From Gemmatimonadota bacterium (lineage in GTDB: Bacteria; Gemmatimonadota; Gemmatimonadetes; Longimicrobiales; Gaopeijiaceae): 64,000 nucleotides of DNA. The DNA lies in contig JAXHMG010000003.1 of assembly GCA_034521595.1 (NCBI GenBank), forward strand, positions 320,001 through 384,000, read 5' to 3'. Under the pieces are notes generated by a model. That model did no database searches. It saw nothing but the letters and a program-made list of their open reading frames with translations, and was not told the origin of the DNA. The translations under genes and the position numbers were made by a program. Of this stretch, positions 59,308-64,000 are shown piece after piece (position 1 is the stretch's first letter; the number at the start of each line of letters is the position of its first letter).

Positions 59308-60915
59308 TCAGAAGGTCTTGAGGTACTCGATGAGCGCCTGCTTGGCGGCCGGGTCGAGGTCCGTGCCGTAGAGGTGGCCTCCGTTCCCGTTCCCGGGTTC
59401 GCTGGTGTCCAGGAGCCAGCCGTCCTCCCGAGCCTCGGCGCTCCGGGTCACGAACCCGACCCGGTCGAAATCGTAGACCGTGTACCCGAGCCACAGTGAG
59501 TCGGGACGCTCCTCCGGGGGCTCCAGGAGGTCGGTCAGCGTTGGCACGGATCCGTTGTGGAGGTACGGGGCCCGCAGCCACAGCCCGTCCAGCGGCATGT
59601 TGGCGTAGCCGTACGTCTTCCGGAAATGGCTGAAGCGTGCGGGATAGCAGGCCTCCCGGTCCGACGGGTCCTCGCGACACGCCTCCTCGTCCTCGGGGAA
59701 TCCCGCGTACAGCGTGTTTTGCGCCGCCGCGAGCTCCGGCGTGTACGAATCGAGGCGCGCCCGGTCCGTTCCGATCTCCTCGATGGGCGTGACGGTGCCG
59801 ACGCGTCCACCGTCCCCTTCCGTCCGGAAGGGCGGAGTCCGGTTTCCGTGGCAGGACCAGCACTCGGCTTCGTACACGGCCTGCCCCTCTTCGGCCAGCT
59901 CCGGGTCGATGCGGTCCGCGGGGAAGCCCGGTGGCTCGGCTTCGTCCCATAGCCAGTCGGCAATCCGGAGCACCTTCTCCTTGTCCAGGGTCGTGGGCGT
60001 CGCGCCCGTCCCGAAAGCCGCGCTCAGGTTGCGCTCGTCGACGCTGGTGTTGTTGCCGTCCCAATGGAGCTGCATGCCTTCCTTCCATCGCTGATTCCAG
60101 ACCGAGGGGAGGTCCGCGATGCCCACCTTCTCCCGGTCGGGTGCGTTCTCCATGGGGAAGCCGAGAAGCGCCTTGGGTGGGTTGAAGGTGTCCACCCGCC
60201 CCGGCCCCCAGCTCCGCACGTCCACGAACCGGAGCCGGGAGGTGAGGGTCAGGATCTGGTCACGCAGCAGGCTGATCCCCGCATAGCGGAAGATGAGCCG
60301 GTCCACGGTGTTGAGCGGGTCGGGCTGGTAGCGGTCGGGCTCGGGGCGCGCTTCCTGGAGCGATTCCATCTCCTCGATGGTGGGAAACATCCGGCTCGAC
60401 CGGAACTTCCAGTTCGAGGCCGCGCGGAAGAGGAAGTCGCCGAGGGCGCCGAGATCGAAGGTGTTGGCCGGCATGCCGGTGATGATCCGGGCCGGAGCGT
60501 CCGGTGACTCGCGAACCGCGCCGGTGTGGCACACGGAACACGTGAAATAGACCCGGTCGATGCCTTGCACACGGCGCATCGACATTCCGATGGGGAGGTC
60601 GATGCGCGGATCCCGCCCCTCCTCGTAGAGCATGCCGAAAGCGGTGTAGCCCGGGCCCGGGTCGTCCCCGGGCAGGTACTCCGGAAAGAGCTCGGGCAGC
60701 GTCACCCAGATCCAGTACGGGATCCCGAAGCCGAGCTGCTTCCGCCAGCCCCGCTCACCGCCGGTGGACCCGTACTTGAAGTGATCCTCCTCACTGTCCC
60801 AGGTCACGGGCTCGTCATCGGACAGCCGGACGGCGCCGTAGACGCCTCCTCCCACCAGCGTGAGCACGGTGAGGGCGCCGACCCATGCCAGGGCCGCACG
60901 GAGCTTGGTCTTCAT
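59308..60915 (-). CDS. Di-heme c-type cytochrome, RoxA-like, tandem paralog
   Basis: CSVCH, CWSCH, APYLHNGSVP and GNGNGGH, N-terminal TM anchor. Confidence 0.82.
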   Translation of the reverse strand: MKTKLRAALAWVGALTVLTLVGGGVYGAVRLSDDEPVTWDSEEDHFKYGSTGGERGWRKQLGFGIPYWIWVTLPELFPEYLPGDDPGPGYTAFGMLYEEGRDPRIDLPIGMSMRRVQGIDRVYFTCSVCHTGAVRESPDAPARIITGMPANTFDLGALGDFLFRAASNWKFRSSRMFPTIEEMESLQEARPEPDRYQPDPLNTVDRLIFRYAGISLLRDQILTLTSRLRFVDVRSWGPGRVDTFNPPKALLGFPMENAPDREKVGIADLPSVWNQRWKEGMQLHWDGNNTSVDERNLSAAFGTGATPTTLDKEKVLRIADWLWDEAEPPGFPADRIDPELAEEGQAVYEAECWSCHGNRTPPFRTEGDGGRVGTVTPIEEIGTDRARLDSYTPELAAAQNTLYAGFPEDEEACREDPSDREACYPARFSHFRKTYGYANMPLDGLWLRAPYLHNGSVPTLTDLLEPPEERPDSLWLGYTVYDFDRVGFVTRSAEAREDGWLLDTSEPGNGNGGHLYGTDLDPAAKQALIEYLKTF

Positions 60916-60922
60916 GCTAGGC

Positions 60923-61411
60923 CTACTCGCTCCCTGGAAGCGTGTCGGCGCCCGCCCCTTCCGCGACGGCCCGCGGGAACTCGAGCATGAAGAGGATCAG
61001 CCGCCGCTTTCCCCAGAACACCTGTCCCAGGTAGAGGCCCTCTCCGACCCGCCGGATCTCGTCCCGGATCATCCGCACCAGGAACGAGCTCTTCGAGTAG
61101 TCGAGGATGATTGCCTGCCCCTCTGCGAACCAGCTTTCGGAGGGGTAGACCTCCGCCCGGAAGAGCGGCACGGAGAAGGGGCTGATGAGGTTCTTCAGGG
61201 ACGTGCCCTCGCCATCGGTTCGGAAGGTCTTGCCTCGCCAGATCAGGAGGTGGATCAGCCCGCCGATGACCCGGTCGACGGCGGTGCCCGGGAACACGAG
61301 CGCGCTGCCTCGAGCCCGTCCATTGGGCACGGGCCCGGGTGGGCTCGCGCGGAAGAGCTCGTCGAGCTCCTGGCGGGACATGTTCCGGAGATCCCGCGCC
61401 GCGACGGTCAT
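60923..61411 (-). CDS. Hypothetical protein (162 aa)
   Basis: ATG overlaps the dioxygenase stop (ATGA). Motifs WRGKTF, LDYS and IRDEIR. Confidence 0.75.
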   Translation of the reverse strand: MTVAARDLRNMSRQELDELFRASPPGPVPNGRARGSALVFPGTAVDRVIGGLIHLLIWRGKTFRTDGEGTSLKNLISPFSVPLFRAEVYPSESWFAEGQAIILDYSKSSFLVRMIRDEIRRVGEGLYLGQVFWGKRRLILFMLEFPRAVAEGAGADTLPGSE

Positions 61412-64000
61412 GACTCCTCCGTGCAGGCCAGCGGCCCGTCTTCCCATCCGGCGAAGGCGGGGTCTGACTCGGCTCCGGGTCGGGGCTTCCAATCCAGGCA
61501 GTAGAACTCCCCGCGATCGCGAGCCCACGGATCGAAGACGTTGATGACGCCTTCGAGCTGATCTTCCAACTCGGGAATCGTGCGGAGAAGCACCCGCTTG
61601 AGGGGAGAGACCTCGTAGTCCTCGTAGCCGTTCGGGGCTCCGGGCTCGTAGCGCTTCTCACCGGGGCCGTTGTTCCTGACCCAATGATGTCCGAGGGTGG
61701 AGTAGAACTCGGGCCGGAAGCTCGAGGTGAAGAACCGGTCGCTGAAGAGGCGGCGTGATGCGTTCAGGATGAAGACCTGGAACTGGGTCTCGGAGATCGC
61801 GAAGCCGTGCGGCCGCTCCAGGGGCTTCTCGGCCAGCCAGCCGACCACGGCGTCCACGTCCTCGACGTTGTCCACCTCGGTCCCGTCGGGGAATCCGAGA
61901 CAATCGTCGATGGGGTTCCCTTCGGCGTCCACCTGGGCTTCGGTGATGACTTTGGTGCTGTCACAGACGTGGGTGCCGTAGATCTCGCGCAGGGTCTCGG
62001 CGTGCTCGGGACCGGCCAGCTCTTCGAAGCTCCGGAACGACCGGAGCCCGTACTGACGTCGAAACTCGTTGAAGCGCGGCACGCCCCGCTCCCGGTCGCG
62101 GAGAATGTCGAGCGCGGCCACGTCGATCTGGCCGGTCTCGCTCTCGAGTCGGGGAATCCGGAGGTTCTGGAGAAAGCGCGGGTGGTTGTCGAGGCTGAGC
62201 AGGCCGAGCCGTTGCCGGCCCATGCTCAGGGCCCAGTTGGAGATGCCTCGCTCCCGCATTGCCCGGGTCGCCCCCTGCCGGACCGTCTCCACCACCGGGA
62301 TCCGCGTCTGGATCGCGTTGGGGTCCTCGTCGACCTCCCGGTATTCGATGAGGTCGGGCACCAGCGGATGCAGCCGGTAAACCGTGATGAACTCCTCGGG
62401 GAAGTTGAACGGGGATCCGAAGTGGGTGACGCCTCGGTTGACGTCTCGGGGATCGTCCATGCTCCAATCGGGATCGTCGAGACGACTGCCCATGCCCACG
62501 ATGCCGGAGCCCGACGCGAACAGGGACACCAGGAGGTTGGACTTGTCGGGGTTCCGGGACTCGGCCAGACCCTGCCGAATCTCCTCGGAGATCCGGGACA
62601 TGCTCGACCCTTCCTCGAACAGGCCGGTCCAGTTCGCGTTCATCGCCCGATAGAGCGGGTCGTTGTAGAGGAGCTGGGTCGTCCACTCGATCGTGTGGAT
62701 CTTGGCGATCTCGGCCGCCACGACCAGTCGGGCGGCCTGGTAGAGCTCCTCGTCGGTGACGTCGGCGTAGGTGACGACCTCGTTCGGCGCGCCGGGGCGG
62801 CGCAGCCCCGAATCGTTGTCCGGAGAGAGGCGAACCGAGTCGCGGAAGTGGTCCACGAAGACGTTGTGCTCCCGGACGAACAGGTTGTGGAAGAAGCTCA
62901 GACCGACGTTGAAGTTGTCCGGGAAGGCGACCGCCTCCTGTCCTTGCCACATGGGCAGCCCGGGATCGTCGGAATCCAGGGTGGGCAGGTAGCCGAGCCC
63001 GTCCTCGACGCGCGAGCTCCCCGAGCGGTCGACCATGAGGAGCTTCGCCGGATCGGAGGGGTCACGCTTCACCCGCTGGGCCGAGGTCTCGTCGTATCCG
63101 TAGATCTGGGAGGCGTCCCACCATGCGGTCACCGTGTTGTTCGTGGTCTTGTAGGCCCGAGCGAGCCGTTCTTCACCGTCCCGTTCGAAGGTGGGCGGCG
63201 GGCCGTCCTCGGCGATGCGGGAGGCGTCGATCCGGTCGCCGGGCCTGCATCCGACTTCCTCCGCGTCGTCTTCGCTACAGCCCACGGCCATCCATTCACC
63301 CGGCCGGTTCTGCCCTTCGTCCAGGTGGGAGAACCAGTCATGGGTCATGAACTGGATCCAGAAGGCGGCCAACACGTTGAAGAAGGGAGCCTTCGTGTAG
63401 TCGCAGCTTGCGTCTTCCTGCCGGCCGGGGAGGCCCTGACCGTCGTTGCACCGATCCGGCTCCTCCTGGGGCCGCGTGAAGAGCTTCCGGCTGATGACCT
63501 GCGGATCGGGCGTGAGCAGGTCGAGGCGGTCACCGTGACGGTTGCGCACGAGTCGCCGTGCCGGGAGGTCGTCCGTCGTGGAATCTTCGAGGGCGGGGAA
63601 GGTGGTTTCGAACTGGACGTTGCGGGCGAAGGGCGTCCCGGACGACCCCATGGCCGGGTTCAGGACGTCGTTGCAGATGCCCGTGAGGGTTCGGGCCCGG
63701 ATCAACTCCCCTCGGCACCGCTGCACTCCCTCGCCACCGACGTCCTGGTAGCGTGGATGCGCCGAGTCGAGTCGCATGGCCAGGGGCCACCATTGGAGAG
63801 AAGGCCCGGGGTCGCCACCGCGTCCGAGCGCGTACTCGGGGTAGGTGCCGGTGTTGTCGAAGAGGTTGAACTGGATCAGCTCCAGACGCTGGTACTCCAG
63901 GTCCATGAGCGCACCGTCCAGCCCCCGTCCGTCGCGCTCCAAGCGGTGGGGGAGGAGCGGGTCGAGCCAGGTGTCGGATCGTGAGTTGGCGTCGGCGGTG
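61408..64000 (-). CDS. Heme peroxidase-cyclooxygenase superfamily enzyme, fatty-acid alpha-dioxygenase-like (5' end outside window)
   Basis: WIQFMTHDW, TAWWDASQIYG, EHN, AKIHTIEWT, EEFITVYRLHPL, RDRERGVPRFNEFRR and SRRLFSDRFFT. The frame is open to the window edge. Confidence 0.9.
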   Translation of the reverse strand, partial: TADANSRSDTWLDPLLPHRLERDGRGLDGALMDLEYQRLELIQFNLFDNTGTYPEYALGRGGDPGPSLQWWPLAMRLDSAHPRYQDVGGEGVQRCRGELIRARTLTGICNDVLNPAMGSSGTPFARNVQFETTFPALEDSTTDDLPARRLVRNRHGDRLDLLTPDPQVISRKLFTRPQEEPDRCNDGQGLPGRQEDASCDYTKAPFFNVLAAFWIQFMTHDWFSHLDEGQNRPGEWMAVGCSEDDAEEVGCRPGDRIDASRIAEDGPPPTFERDGEERLARAYKTTNNTVTAWWDASQIYGYDETSAQRVKRDPSDPAKLLMVDRSGSSRVEDGLGYLPTLDSDDPGLPMWQGQEAVAFPDNFNVGLSFFHNLFVREHNVFVDHFRDSVRLSPDNDSGLRRPGAPNEVVTYADVTDEELYQAARLVVAAEIAKIHTIEWTTQLLYNDPLYRAMNANWTGLFEEGSSMSRISEEIRQGLAESRNPDKSNLLVSLFASGSGIVGMGSRLDDPDWSMDDPRDVNRGVTHFGSPFNFPEEFITVYRLHPLVPDLIEYREVDEDPNAIQTRIPVVETVRQGATRAMRERGISNWALSMGRQRLGLLSLDNHPRFLQNLRIPRLESETGQIDVAALDILRDRERGVPRFNEFRRQYGLRSFRSFEELAGPEHAETLREIYGTHVCDSTKVITEAQVDAEGNPIDDCLGFPDGTEVDNVEDVDAVVGWLAEKPLERPHGFAISETQFQVFILNASRRLFSDRFFTSSFRPEFYSTLGHHWVRNNGPGEKRYEPGAPNGYEDYEVSPLKRVLLRTIPELEDQLEGVINVFDPWARDRGEFYCLDWKPRPGAESDPAFAGWEDGPLACTEES

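Overview
GC-rich bacterial DNA. The gene repertoire (tandem S9 peptidases, VPS10-type proteins, ECF/anti-sigma/CHAT triad) is reminiscent of Gemmatimonadota or Acidobacteriota, which is an inference only. From left to right: (1) an envelope folding/redox cluster with a PpiC rotamase, CcdA/DsbD, TlpA and two tandem exported peroxiredoxin-like genes, each with an in-frame TGA at the catalytic-Cys position followed by an identical hairpin (probable selenoproteins with bacterial SECIS); (2) tRNA-Ala(TGC) followed by an ~18 kb island bounded by a 17-bp copy of the tRNA 3' end, with no integrase visible. The island carries a type I R-M system with a scrambled hsdS, HEPN-like and P-loop ATPase candidate defence genes, integron-cassette and IS3-end relics, and five toxin-antitoxin-type modules whose toxins are deleted or truncated while the antitoxins are intact, plus one intact TA cassette; (3) housekeeping/envelope genes (ClC-CBS, YbaK, MBL, two S9 peptidases); (4) ECF sigma, anti-sigma and a membrane-anchored CHAT protease next to large Ig-like lipoproteins; (5) amidohydrolase, TM2 protein, two VPS10 proteins, ATP-grasp plus CocE/NonD; (6) a six-gene minus-strand operon with an alpha-dioxygenase-like heme enzyme, two RoxA-like di-heme cytochromes, a Tle1/DUF2235 lipase and a catalase-related protein, a candidate oxylipin or lipid-oxidation pathway. 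Several single-base frameshifts suggest consensus errors. All calls come from motif recognition by eye; no searches were run.
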